A stretch of 64,000 nucleotides of DNA, from positions 10,044,001 through 10,108,000 of the forward strand of contig OZ249440.1 in the NCBI GenBank assembly GCA_965235115.1, in the 5' to 3' direction. The notes below the pieces were generated by a model, which saw nothing but the letters and a program-made list of their open reading frames with translations, had not been told where the DNA came from and did no database searches. The position numbers and the translations under genes were made by a program. Positions 37,801 through 51,257 of the stretch are shown here, in pieces. The stretch is from Laetmonice hystrix (Eukaryota). Every line of letters begins with the position of its first letter. The first letter of the stretch is position 1.

Positions 37801-40800
37801 TACTCGCCTGCCACGTTCACATGTTGCATGATACCACCCAGAGCCATACACTGGGGAGAGGAGGGAAGGGGGAAAGCTGTCAGTAAAAATACTTGGGGGC
37901 CACGCCACAATGGAAACACCTAAAACTATGCCGAGAAACACAACAGCAAGAATATGTCGTCTTAAAACCCCAACTCATGTTTAATACTGAAATGTGTAGG
38001 TTATACATTGAAATGGTGTGGAGGTTCTAAGATATTAAACCCAGCACTGGTTCTGACTCGCAATCCGTGATAACAACATTTCGGAATACATGATTGACAC
38101 TGGCAGAAGTTGGCAAATGTATGTCCAAATAGTCAAAAAATGGGGAAAAATAATTCATGCTCTCAAATGATACAGGTTTTATTGGCCTGGGTAGATCAGG
38201 GTATCAGACCAAGATAGAACAGAACTCGGATGGTGGAGCTCAACATTTAAAAAAAAAATCGCAATTAATTTAGCATAATTTCGTGAGGAAGTTACACACT
38301 GTTCCATTAAGAATTTTCGTAAAGACAGAAACGTCAGTAGGCCACGCTGTACCTGGTCATATCCTAATATCTCTATCGTGATTTAGGTCACGCCAATCGC
38401 ATGATCATGTGTCTCAAACCAGACAGAATGTGACTTGTCATTTACCAACAATGATGGGTCACACGAAAAAGGCGAGTACGTCTACATAACACGCCCAACG
38501 GTGACAGTTGCATGTTAGGTATGCTATCTGTGAGAATTTGTCAGACTCTTCCATCAGATTACCACTCAACCGTCAATTCAAGTGAACATAAAATGGCCTT
38601 AGATAATTGCTACGAAATACATGTATGTCAAGGATAAGTTAATCTTTTGCCATAAATTACATTTGCTCTACAAATTGGCCAACGTTATCCGACTGATTTA
38701 CATATTGATCCAACTGAAATCGAGTATTGAATTAGAGGAGTCTACCCCATTACTTCAAACAGGTTTTAGGGCCGGTTTACTAAACTTAATTGAGGGATCT
38801 TTAATTCTTTTTAAAAAAACACAACCACATAAGTAGGTCAAAATCCTGAGGTGCTGGCTGATTTGGTTCCAAGTTTCAGGTAAAAATTCTGAGAGTTGGC
38901 AGCGGCCAGATGTGTTGTGTGCCAGCTCAAAAATATAATGACGCCTAAATCATTCACCAGAGTGGGGTTAGCTTTTAGCTGTAGTGTGCGAGCACTTTTA
39001 TATGGTAGGTGTTAGGTCCCACACTGATCTCACTTTTGTGTGAACAGCTCTCTTGACAATAATTACTCTTGTTTAGCTTGTGCATGTAGAAATGAAATAT
39101 TATGATGTGGTATTCTGGGAATCCATTGCCATGACAATTGTACTTTGCGAACAGGTAACGAGTCACAAGAGACGACCGATTCTGTCCCAACTTAAACAAG
39201 GGACTGTAGAAACTCGTGAGCAAAAATGTGAACCAGACTGCTATATTCCCTTAGATGACCCAACCCTCACTAGAGAAAATAATATTATTCTTTATTTCAC
39301 AGCTTATAATGCAACACCTATGATTAGATCATATTGCTTTGCCACAATAAAGCATCCAATCAGACTGGTCCAGTTTCATAACGTACTACATGCAGTGTGT
39401 TAGGTTGTATTTGTATAACACGATTCTCAGCTCACTGGTTTATAGAAGGAATAATTAACTGAGATTTGAGACGGGAGACTGAGTGAAAAGGCTATCCAAT
39501 ATCAACTCATTTTAACGCCCAGATCAATCAAGCCAGGTCGGAACAAGACAAGCACCAATAATACACGTACTACTACAGTCTAGCCCCGAGTGACACGTTC
39601 AGCACGGAACCTATCCCAACTTTTTACCATGCCTGTCACTTTTATCAATGCGAACCATGGAATATACATGTACCGGCCCCGTTTTTAAAGCTAATCCGGC
39701 ATACTTCTTGTCAGAGTTGCCAAGGAGAGCCCCCATCAGGAGACACTCGGATGACACCAAGCCGTATCTTACGGCCCTCCATGGCAGGGCTGTTTATATT
39801 TATATTTTATGCCTGGCTTACAATAATGAAGAATGCCGAGGTGCCTGACACTGATTCCAGGGTCGCCTGCCTCCTGGAAGTATAGGTTATATACTGTATA
39901 CGGCCGAACCTGTGCCGACCTTCTCTGGCACCAGTATACCGACGACTTCAAGATGTTCTCAAGTAAACACCCAGTTTCATTTCAGTGCGCTGTAGTGTCA
40001 GTTTCTAAGCCCGGAGTAATATTAAGCACGCTTGAGGCTGGCAAGGTAGGGGGGGGGGGGGGGTAACGCTTGGTTTTAATTCTCGTCACTGTGTGGGAAT
40101 AAACAGCAGGCTGTCAGTGTCATGCTGGTCTGTCTGCTCGGGAAGGTTCAGCAGAAGAGACTCAGTAAGCATCACAAATCTCTGGATGGGTGGTTCCTGG
40201 CGGTTTCTGGGCGTTTTGAAGCCACTGGTACAGTGGTCTGAGGTTAGACCTATGTCCAGAAAACATTACCTCAGTCAGTGGCGATCAATAAACACTGACC
40301 AGTCTGACGCCAAGTACTGGCTGGCTACCGCCCGTCCCTGTTACAGACAAGATTTGGCGTTACGTTCAACAATTAGTCCCATTGGGTTACGTGCAGTTTT
40401 TCCGATCAGTGTTGATTGACCTGAAGTGTCTCATCCTACACCGCGATGATTGGAGTAAAGTTTACGTGTGTCGGATTTCTAAGACTGAAAGGTGTAGAAA
40501 ACCCAAGAGATTACAGTATAGCCAGATTTTGAATACCACCTTATAGCTAAAGATTCGTCCTCCTTTTTGAGAATATGACAAGTATTTCTCACAATGACAT
40601 CCCTAATTACTGCCACGTGACGAATGCTTCTGCCTGAATTCTCATATTAGTAATAAGAATAAAGCCTACACTTTCAAATATAATCACAACACAGAAAAGT
40701 GCTTTGTTTCACACCTCAGACAAAAGCCAAAGCAAATGGCACGGAACATCATTTCAAACGCATTACTCCTCAATGCAGCAGCGATAATTGAGCCTTTGTG

Positions 40801-41321
40801 TGCTGGATCCGGTGTTTCCTGCTTAGACGGGAACGATGGGTGAGTTCTCATTGCAAGGTTGTGCTGGATGTCAGAACAGGGCGAGGCAGTCGTCACCTTA
40901 CCGGGAGAAACCCCCTCACAGGTAACGCGGAGCTAGGGTGGGGGCCATGCAACCTCCGGGAGCTCACACACGCCACACGTGGTGGTGAGCTAGGGGCCAG
41001 AGGTAGGCACCAGCTGAAAAAACAAAGGAGACACAAACAATCCACGGGAATAGGAAGTCACGGCGCGTTCCTCCGACCTGATCGTCTGCTCTCGGCAAAC
41101 AGCCTCGTTTTGGGGTCTGTCCGGTCGTCACGTGACCTCTACAGACCTCTCGCCGTTCACTTCGCGGAGTCAGTGACGGATATCTTGTTTCTAGGATGTT
41201 GAGATACTGGGTAAGAAAACCAGTACCTCACATGATTGTTATCCCTAAACCATGGACGGCCAAAGTTGTATTCATACATTGTGAATGATCTCAATTAATA
41301 TAAACAATGGGGTATGATTTA

Positions 41322-41482
41322 NNNNNNNNNNNNNNNNNNNNNNNNNNNNNNNNNNNNNNNNNNNNNNNNNNNNNNNNNNNNNNNNNNNNNNNNNNNNNNN
41401 NNNNNNNNNNNNNNNNNNNNNNNNNNNNNNNNNNNNNNNNNNNNNNNNNNNNNNNNNNNNNNNNNNNNNNNNNNNNNNNNNN
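41322..41482. other. Assembly gap (161 N) in the 25.6-kb slit intron
   Basis: Run of N. Confidence 0.99.
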
Positions 41483-44454
41483 GGCAGATTGTTGCGCACC
41501 ACTTTCCCTGATACCAGAATGTCGTTGCATTAAAAAGAAGCAAACCAAAACACCAATCACTTTGTGAGAGATTGAAATCAAATGTGACTGCATCCTGGTA
41601 AATAATACCATTAGTCAGACTCACTTAGGAATTGAATCTTTTCCCGTTCCCAACGCTCTCTGTCCTCCTACAGATCGACTGATCTAAAGTGCAGCACATT
41701 AATTGTCTTCTCCAAGCTAGTGCTTCATTCAAGTTATGGCGTACACGTGACAGCAGGCACCATATATTGTTACCCGTCTCGCAGACCCTTAGATTGGAAC
41801 ACGACAATGGCAAACCGCTTATGAATTCCTTCATCAAAACCCTTGAAACGTTGTAGCAGAGTAAAGCAGGTGCTTTTCACTGCTTCCAGTGCACTGTAAT
41901 GCATATCCTGGATTCCGCAAGCCAACCCCCAAGAGCCATTAGTCACATTGGCGTCCCTCCCTCGCTCAATCATGTAAAGTTCCCATAGACTCACAACTGA
42001 TGGCGCTATATGCTTTTGTTCTTATCGGAATGACACAATTATTTTCCAACACTAAAGGGGTTTGTGTGTGAAAAAAGGATCAATGCTTATTGAAATCAGA
42101 TATGACTCCAGCACATCGATTTTGAAATAAATGGCTTGATGCAGTGTGTGGAGCTTATAGTGGTTAGACACGCCAGTGCTTTCACATGGCCCTGATGTCG
42201 ACAGGGTAGCACCGTGCCTCTCAAATCAATCGCCACAAACATTAACAGCACCTCACGTATGTAGTTCATGTGGAGGATTTCCTTACAGCGTGTTCCTTGC
42301 ATGTCCTTGACTAATTGTTTAAACTGAAACAATTATTCTACGTCATGTCCTCCTGCAATGGTAGAACAAATACCCACAGCATTCTAAGGATGCTATAAAA
42401 AGGACACGTTGTACTGCCATGGGTACACCTAGACCTTCGGCAGGCCGATCGACCAACCAGCATGTTTATGTTGGTAATTTAATTTGGCAGCAACCAAGGG
42501 GAGTTCAGAAGTCTGGAAAATTGAGCTACGGGGCTGATTCGTCCAGCGCGGATCGGATCAGTGAGCTTAGAAGTGTGAACACGCTGAGGCCTGTGTTCAA
42601 CTGTGATGGGATTACTGTGGGGAGGGGGGGGGGGGATGCGGGACGCGTGAATCCTCAGCGGTAACCAGGTATTCCCCGCCACAATTTACGACCACTCCTT
42701 AAGGAAAATTGAACGAGGGAAGGCATGTTTGCGGAGAGGCTCGGACGCTGCATGCACTGGTTGGTGTGAATGGGAACCGACCGCTGCATGAATCGGTTTC
42801 ATTCCAATGTGTGGGGATGGTGTCAGTGAAGTCGTGTCCGAAACAAACATGGGATCCCCGCCGACGAGTGGCAAGAAAAGGCCTGCAAAGGGATTGACGG
42901 CTCTGGAGAAAAGAAGGCAATCGCCGCCTTTGTCCAAGGGGGGTGAATCGTGGCCATGCAGGGCGTCCAAATGGCAGGATTTAGGATGGGAGCGATGGGC
43001 TGGCACTGAATGGATGTCAGCTGAGGGTGGATCTAGTGGCTAAACATCGCACACAGTCAGACCATGTTGCCGGATTTGCTCCTCGGAGCTCGGCATTATA
43101 TAAATGATTATCCATCTTTGGCAATTGTGTTGGATGAAGAAAAGAATCCCGCGCCGCAGTCGTCCCTGATGACAGCCAAGCTTTGGATCACTTTGTACGG
43201 CGCTGATCCCCTAGACACGTTTCCAACTGGACTTTCTCGACGTTTTGTTTGGACCACTTGGTAGGATGGCCACATCCTGGTCTCGGGTCCTTTGGAAGTA
43301 TTCATTCCCGCCAACTTAACCCTGACCCTGTGTCTGTGCCTGTGCCGTTGTCAGACGGCGACAAGGCTCAGTAAGTGTTGCTACCTTGCCACTGGCCACG
43401 ACCCTGCCCCATCTGTATGTGAAGGCATGTCCCCACTCGCAGCCAGTCCGCGGCTCCTTTTGTCCTGCCCAGTCTCGCCACTATGGGAACCCGGGCATTC
43501 AACTGGACATCAGCATGCATAAACCAAGAACCAACCGCTGCCCTATTGTCATCCGCAACCATTGCTTTACTCGGCTCATTACACATCGACAAACACTTGA
43601 ATGGTACCTATAGATGCATCATCTTGACAAATGTCATGGTGGCAACGAGTCCTGCTTTGAAGTCCAAATATATTGTATTCACATCATGTTCATGGCATCT
43701 CCTGCCCAAATATTGGTTTTCCAAGAGGTTAACAACCAAAATGAAGTGGGGTTAGTTGCTATACACCATAGCAACATAAGGGAAGTACAGAGGATATTCC
43801 CATGGCCAAACGGTTTGGATTCGCATGTTGCCAAAGCGATGAAGACTTTATGACAGCAGGTGTGTCTAGTCGCGGACAGGGCAAGGACTAAATGCCCTCT
43901 GGCGTGCAGCACGGAATGGAGAAACACGTAGCATCAGGTCTCTTTTACAAAACGTTCCTTTCTCTTATCCGGCCAATATCTCCTTGTATATTATGAGAAG
44001 TACATTTGATGGGAAGATCAATTTCTGAAGCCTTGGCAATTCCGTACCGACACATTGTGTCTTGACTGGATGAACTACAAACAGGAACTAACAACAGGGT
44101 TCAGTTTTACTGAATCTTATGTTACAGTGACAGAGTGAACGCTTGGTTGTGGTCCTTGTTCAGTTCTGTCCTCTACCTGAATCTCATTGTGCACTTCCAC
44201 CAATAAACTTTCTCTTCTTTTCATATACGGAACTGCTCTTCTTACCATCACCGACCTTCTCAAGGCCTGGATCATCCAGGGCGATACTTTCCTTCCTGTT
44301 CTATGTCAAATGTCAATGTCAAATAAACTTTGTCACAGAGACATAGAAAACATCTATAAGCGCATAAGCTCCATATACAACTCAAAACAAAGGGGAGTGA
44401 AAGCTAAAAGTTAAATCCTATCATGATTGGACATAAAGCAATTGTCGAATTTAT

Positions 44455-44498
44455 GAAAAGCAAGTCCTATATACATGAAAAACAAGTCCTATATACAA
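44455..44498. repeat. 22-bp tandem duplication
   Basis: tgaaaagcaagtcctatataca followed by tgaaaaacaagtcctatataca. Confidence 0.88.
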
Positions 44499-47191
44499 TC
44501 TCTTTGGATGTGGGAGGGCAAACATTCCTCGAGTTTTGTGGACACTCACAGTCTCAGTAAACGTGATGACCATGAAAGCTCTAATGAATTGAATTGCTGT
44601 CTTGCAATCTTACAATCTTGACAAACTCCCGTGTATAATGATCCTAGTCAGTTGCAGTACCAAACTGCCTCGGAGGTTGCCTAAAAAGAATTGTTGTCAT
44701 GCAATGAATTTCAGTCATATGAACTATGAACTTCCTCTATATTTCCACTGTATTATGAGATATTGCTGGCTGATGGGAAAGACACATTTTTAAACAAACT
44801 CTATAACACTAAACCACAAGATTTATTCCTGAACAAGTCGTATAAGTCTTGTATACTGATAATCTAACAAATCACGTTATTATCCAAGGGTTCAACTGAA
44901 ATAAATATGACAGACTGCCCTTCTGTGATGTCGAAAACATACTAAATAAGCGTATTGAAATGAAGACGCTCAAATATTCTCAATATGACACTAAATACTG
45001 CGATGTATCAAGGCGAATAGCAAGTATACAAACCAGCCTCACTTGTGGATTATATTTTCCTCACTCTAGGCGGCCATATTATTTGTACATGTACAAACAT
45101 GTCAAGTGGCATGAGGGTATGTTGGACTACTACCGCATGAGGCAGACACTATACCGGGATACCCTGACAATAAACAAAAAAGGAAAGGCCTTTGAAAAGG
45201 GATTAAAAAAAACAAATGCCAATAATCTTCCGAAGGGCCATTTGCTGCTGAATTTTCCTGTCTGAACCCTAGGCCGACTGTACATTGAGATCAGGGCCCG
45301 GTTTACAAGCAAAGTCAAGTCAATTTTAACTAACTTGGGTCAATCTTGCTTGAATATCTGATTGATAAAACTCCATGAGCTAGAAGACAGGCCTTTTTGC
45401 CGAAAAGCTTAATTATGTGAAACTAAAAAAATGGCTTTCCAGGTAATGTCAGGTATGAGGCCATAAACAAACGGTAAATGACAGCGTTTAAATTCTGCCA
45501 GAGATACATCTTTATCTTTATAATATTACTAGTATTTCTTGGAGGTACCCTTATAAGTTAATTCTAGCTGTTTAGTTTATAAGGTAAACCTTTAAGAACT
45601 GTAATGAATTGAAATACTGTCGACAATTATATTCAGAGTATTTATTGTGAAACGATTCCTTCCTTTTACGATTTTAGAAGTATTGTTCTACATGTTTTAT
45701 ATTTTTAAATAAGGTAAAAACCCCACTTTTGCACAGACACCCATGCAGATAGCCAATCCACATACAATTATTAAAAAATACCGTGCTTTCTGTCACAGAA
45801 ACTGAACATACGTATACATCCTTTGACAATAAAATGGTGTAGAAACTACTTTACTGAGAACACTGGCTCTGTATTCTGACGTCTTGCACCAAGTTGTGTA
45901 TACGCATGCGCCTGGGTTGGAGATCTTATCAAGCCCGAGAAAGGTCATTAACGTCACTGTCCACAGTGTATATGGCATGCCATCACGGTCATAACGTACC
46001 GGCATGGATGACCATTACAGACACAATGCACAAAGCCTGCCTCCGTAATACTAGATTCGTGTTCTAAATCGGGTTAGTGACTGCAGGTTGTTGGGGTTTT
46101 TTTTTGGGGGGGGGGGGCAGAACGGCAACTGCATCTGAATTGTAATCTTAACTTGAGGTTCATAACTTTTCCGAGGCTTGCATTTATTTCATGTCTGATC
46201 CTGCCCTTTGGTTGCGGCCTACAGATTCACATATTCATCTGAGCCGCAGAGCACCTCAGACCAGACATATTTATCAATGTTATTCTGCGCCTGTCGATTG
46301 GAATACCTATAAGCACATTACCTTAACTGTCAGAGAAGAATATATTCTTGTGATGCTTATTGCCATAACAGGCCGTATGTATTACTGTCATTGAACGATT
46401 TGGTAACCTACTTTCAATTATTTCGAAAGTTCGCAGCTGTCTCTAAGAGAATATAATGTTGTAAGATTTCTTATTTCATTTTCTTCTTACTTATTTAAGC
46501 CAAGTATTGAATAGAAGGTAAAGGAGTAAGGTGCAGGCCTTGAGGGGTTTGTCAGGCGGACTTATCATAATGAGACGTCATATCCTTGATGGTTGTTGGC
46601 TATCCTGTCAAAGACTCTCCCAGAATGTCACGCCAAAGACGGCCCTACCCAGCCAAGTCGCCCTGCACGTATATAAAACACCCGACATTAACACAAGCAC
46701 AGGAAACAGACATGCTCAGCAAGCATGTAGCAGTAGTTACCCATGTGCAGAACGACCCCTGAGGGTCAACGGTGTCCGAATTCCACGAGCGCTCCACCGC
46801 GGTCTGCAAAAATCAAACTTAGACATTCTATTGTGGTCCAGGGCGGCTGACGGGGAGGTGGAGGGGGGGGGTCTTTGAATGGCGCTCCATGTAATCCATA
46901 ATGAAAGTTTGTCTATGGCTCCACAAAGCAACTCACTATAGACTCTGTTCTTGACTGGCAATTCAAAGCCTTTTTTAACACCGACTTTAGTAACGTGTAT
47001 AAACAGTAATCAAAGAAGATAACCCGAAAAATGTTGAAATAGATTACAACGTTTTGTCAGACGCACGTTCTCCCGCTGGCTGACACCCAATTTGTTTACA
47101 TTTTTTAAGGAACACCATATGTTAATATTTAGTCTTGTCATACCATTGCTTCGTTTTTTCCTCATGGCAATATTATTTTCGTTATTTGCAG

Positions 47192-47355
47192 ACATCTTGC
47201 ACGGAATCCTTTCATCTGCGACTGTAATCTACGATGGTTGTCTGAATACCTGCACACACACCCGATCGAAACGAGTGGCGCCCGGTGTGAAAGTCCGCGC
47301 CGAATGCAACGCAAACGTATCGGGCAGATCCGGCATTCCAAGTTCAAGTGCAAAG
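47192..47355 (+). CDS. slit: slit D2 last LRR + LRRCT cap exon, 164 nt, phase 2 to phase 1
   Basis: ttttcgttatttgcag| ... |gttagt. Translates [54 protein letters not shown](G). NPFICDC..WL..YL...[11 protein letters not shown] is diagnostic of Slit D2. Confidence 0.97.
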
Positions 47356-50043
47356 GTTAGTTAATTTCTGGGTACAAGCAAACACGAGGCCCTACCTATA
47401 ATCCCACTGATGAAAAATACTAATGCATATTGTTTTCTCCTGTCTTCGGATAAATGGTATCTTTAGGAGATTTAAGAGAAGGTTTTTAGGAAGATTTTCC
47501 CCTTTCTTTTGGGTAGGTAGCAAGAAAACCAGAAAAAATGGGGGGAGTAACCTATTGTGGGGCAGTCCCCCCACCGCAAAAAGAACCTCTAAGAGTGAGC
47601 CGGACTGGCTAAATTCGTTATGAACTTGCTATGATTCACACACCACCGACAACTTACATGCCTTGCAGTGTTGTCACAGCTGCATGCAGGACTTCAAATA
47701 CAGGCATGAAAAAAACAAAACAAACTGTATCTTCAGTTGCTCTGCACATGCAAACAGTCCCTTACGAACAGGAAAAAATCCGTTACATATATATTTCTTT
47801 GTTACTTACGGAATCGCTTTTGCTTCTACAATAACTACTAAATGCCAGAGCTTATATGAAATCATTATACCCCAAGTGCCCTTATGATCTTCGAGAGAAA
47901 AAAATTCAAATACAAACGTGGAATTTGTAATGTGGCAACTGCAAATCCCAGAAGATTCTAATTTTCACAAACCGGATTCTTACCCAAACATTCGGGTGTA
48001 ATTTTACACTTTCCAGTTTTGTTCCCGGTGCCTTTATTTTAGTTAGAAAGAGTTTTTTTAACGAACGTACTTGAACCAGCGGGATTTCTGGTTAAGCACC
48101 ATGTAACCATGTCGACCCTACACCATGTAATATTTCATTTGCCGAGAACGGTCTGTGGCTGAAGAAATCATGTAAACCAGAAAAAAAACTTTCTCTGGCT
48201 TTTTAAACTTAGGTGTGTTTATTCGGGAATATTCGTGATTAATGAGATCCGACTGAGCATCAGGTAGCCCCCCCCCCTATCCTCTGCCCAGACTTGTAAC
48301 AAGGAGATATAACCAGGTACCAGAACATTATTTCACTAGTGTCTGTAGTGCTGACAACTCACAGTAACTGACAGAAAACTTGAAGCTTGCCTCGAGGTGT
48401 TGGGTGGTTTTCTTTATTTCCTTTTTTTGTCAGTCCACGTGTTCCTTGTAACAGACAGGGCTATTATATTTTTCCTTGGTTACTTATAGAAGGAATGCTA
48501 GCTCTGAGCTCTCCCTCTTAACGCATGTCACTTGTAAACGACGGGTTTCTGGCGGGAATCCCCCCTGACTTACGTTAAAGGTTGTATCGGTATGATCCGT
48601 ATCAATTAAGGCAACATTCTAGAGGGCCGTCGGCAATTTCACTGCTCCACCTTGTTTTAGCGCAGCCTTTAGATAACAACTTCTTTATAAATAATTAAAA
48701 GAAGCATTCCTATTTAACATCAACATCTGAGTCAACACAAGTTAGAATTAGTTAAGATTAATTTTTCTCTCGGTGGAAAAAAGCCTTTGGTATGACTTGA
48801 GCAGATGTGTGATTGCATACTTTAGAACTGGCAGACACAAAGTTCAAATCATAGCCTGGATTGTGGAAGGAAAGCACAGATCTACACAAGCATACCATTC
48901 CATCCTTGTAGACCACGCTGGAGAGATTCTATCTTAGCTGCTTCATGACGATAATATCTCCCTGAGGAACGTTCGCTATGCCAGCGACTGTGGCCTAAAT
49001 CTCACGGGCAACATCTGAGACCGCACCTGGCTTTTTATGCCACAGCTTTAGCACCAACGGATCATTAGTTGTACCCAAGGGGCCAGACGAAAAAAAAACT
49101 GGGTGGGACATAGAAATGGGCTGTGATAACTTTTGTACGACCTGTAATCAGTGTGCCTTGTGGCTGGGTGGATAACATCTGTTATCAGTGGAAAACAAGA
49201 TGTATACCCAAATGTCGTTTCAACTACAGGTACTCATAAATCATCAAAAATCATCTCCTAGACCTAGTGCAATTTTAAGTGTAGATTTTACAGAAAGGTC
49301 ACAAAATGTTCACCAATACAAAATATAATCAAATGTAGATTTCCAACGTTGTATTGCCATAATTCAACATATACTACCGACACTTCCTACTTGCACTAAT
49401 TTAAAATGATCAACTTACTACAAATCATAATAAATAGAGCCCCTAAGTTTGCAGACAGAAAAATACAGGTTAAATGTAATCAAGTGGGCCGAGATTTCAG
49501 CACTTGGAAGGCAAGTACGAGGATGGTTTATGACAGAAGTCAGACGAACAGCGTCAATAATTTCTTCGCTCTGTTTGTAATCAAACCCGATAGTGTCGGC
49601 CTATTTTTGGGAAAGATTTCTTCAAAAACGATGTCGATTTGACTTTGGGAGCACTGCGCTCTTTTTCCCCAACCTCCCAATCCCACAGTTGGCCCCAAGG
49701 TGTCTAACTCACTCGGGTTTATCCATCAGAAGCCTCATGCATTAATTTTTCAGGGTGTTTCTTATTTTCCCTATTTTCCCCCCGTTGCCGGCTCAGTGAT
49801 TGCTTTCCTGCTTGCCTCTATTAGATAGCGACCAGGGCACACCTTTTGACGGCGTTGGCTCCCATCTTGCCGGGACAGGTTGCGACAGGGTCCATTGATT
49901 GAGTGCCAGGATGGGGAGGGTGAACCTGGCTCCAGGGAGTTGCCGGGATATAACGTCAGTACCCTACGCACATGGCAGAACGGGAACTAGACTCGTCAAA
50001 CACACGTCACCACAGATTCTACATTCACAACAGCCTCCTCGCG

Positions 50044-50046
50044 CTC

Positions 50047-50083
<37 letters not shown>
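50044..50083. repeat. (CT)n microsatellite
   Basis: About 20 CT units with one interruption. Confidence 0.95.
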
Positions 50084-50087
<4 letters not shown>

Positions 50088-50810
50088 GAGCAACACTTGA
50101 GGCGAAAACACCTCCGCCATGAAAGGCGGACGGGGAGGTGTAATTTTCTGCCACAGTTGAGCCCTAAATATTAACAAACATGCTAGGCGCTGCTTGATGA
50201 CTGGCTTGTGTTGGGGTGTCTAGAATGGAGTTGTTATTGATCCAGCCATCGTACTGAATCTATGCGACCAGCAACCTTCATCATAATCCAGCATGTCATG
50301 GCCTCATAGAAGACATCAATAGTGGACATTAACCACAGGCCCCTGTCCATGAAACGGCCAATCAACAGTTCCACCGCCATGCCCGTCCACGCCAACGTCA
50401 CCGCTCCTTGGCTTCCAGCACACGCCTCCAACCAATAAATCGCAATAAACTCACGGTCAAATGTCACTTCTATTGAAAGTCATAAATCCCTCTGACACAG
50501 TAAGTATTTCTCTGCCGTGTTGGAATCGGGAACTTGATAAAAAAAATGTCAAAAGGAGCTGTTCAACCAGTCATCACCGGCAGGATATTTACCTTCTGTA
50601 TCCCAGGAAAAAAGTCATTTCGCACTAGTTATTCCATACCTGCCTGACCAGCCTTAGTAACGCCTAGGTGACACTTCTCACCGAAAGCAAAAATTTTATA
50701 GGCGCCAGAAGAGGCAGTACGGTGACGTGCGACCTCTATTAGAGATCAAGACTACCTTTTACGGAGAATTTATGTTCTTGCAAACGCACCATGTCAATCC
50801 ATAGGTCTTG

Positions 50811-51257
50811 GGTTGGTGTTTCCCCCATAGTCACCAAGGTCTCAGGATGGTGTTGCCCCCATTATAGTCCCCAATGCCTCAGGTTGGTGTTCCCCCATAG
50901 TCCCCAATGCCTCAGGTTGGTGTTCCCCCATAGTCCCCAATGCCTCAGGTTGGTGTTCCCCCATAGTCCCCAATGCCTCAGGTTGGTGTTCTCCCATAGT
51001 CTCCAATGCCTCAGGTTGGTGTTCTCCCATAGTCCCCAATGCCTCAGGTTGGTGTTCCCCCATAGTCCCCAATGCCTCAGGTTGGTGTTCCCCCATAGTC
51101 CCCAATGCCTCAGGTTGGTGTTCCCCCATAGTCCCCAATGCCTCAGATTGGTGTTCCCCCATAGTCCCCAATGCCTCAGATTGGTGTTCCCCCATAGTCC
51201 CCAATGCCTCAGGTTGGTGTTCCCCCATAGTCCCCAATGCCTCAGGTTGGTGTTTCC
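50811..51257. repeat. 33-bp minisatellite (VNTR), 11 near-perfect + 2 degenerate + 1 partial unit
   Basis: Unit ggttggtgttcccccatagtccccaatgcctca repeated head-to-tail from 50882 to 51244, with two diverged units upstream. No spacers. Confidence 0.97.

Noticed and set aside
40827-41210. Micro-exon-like segments 40827-40839 (13 nt, ag..gtgagt) and 41195-41210 (16 nt, ag..gtaaga)
   Set aside because: Neither alone nor together preserves the phase-2/2 slit frame, and such signals occur by chance in 25 kb.
26346-41482. Missing slit exon hidden in the two N gaps
   Set aside because: The SLYDN exon joins the HLARN exon in frame with a complete LRR register, so no constitutive exon is needed. An alternative exon cannot be excluded.
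48783-48797. MetaSINE-like gtcataccaaag on -
   Set aside because: A 12-nt match with no tRNA head or downstream domain.
50811-51257. 33-bp repeat as a CRISPR array or a repeat-protein gene
   Set aside because: Units are contiguous with no unique spacers and there are no cas genes. The ORFs arise from a stop-free unit whose length is a multiple of 3.
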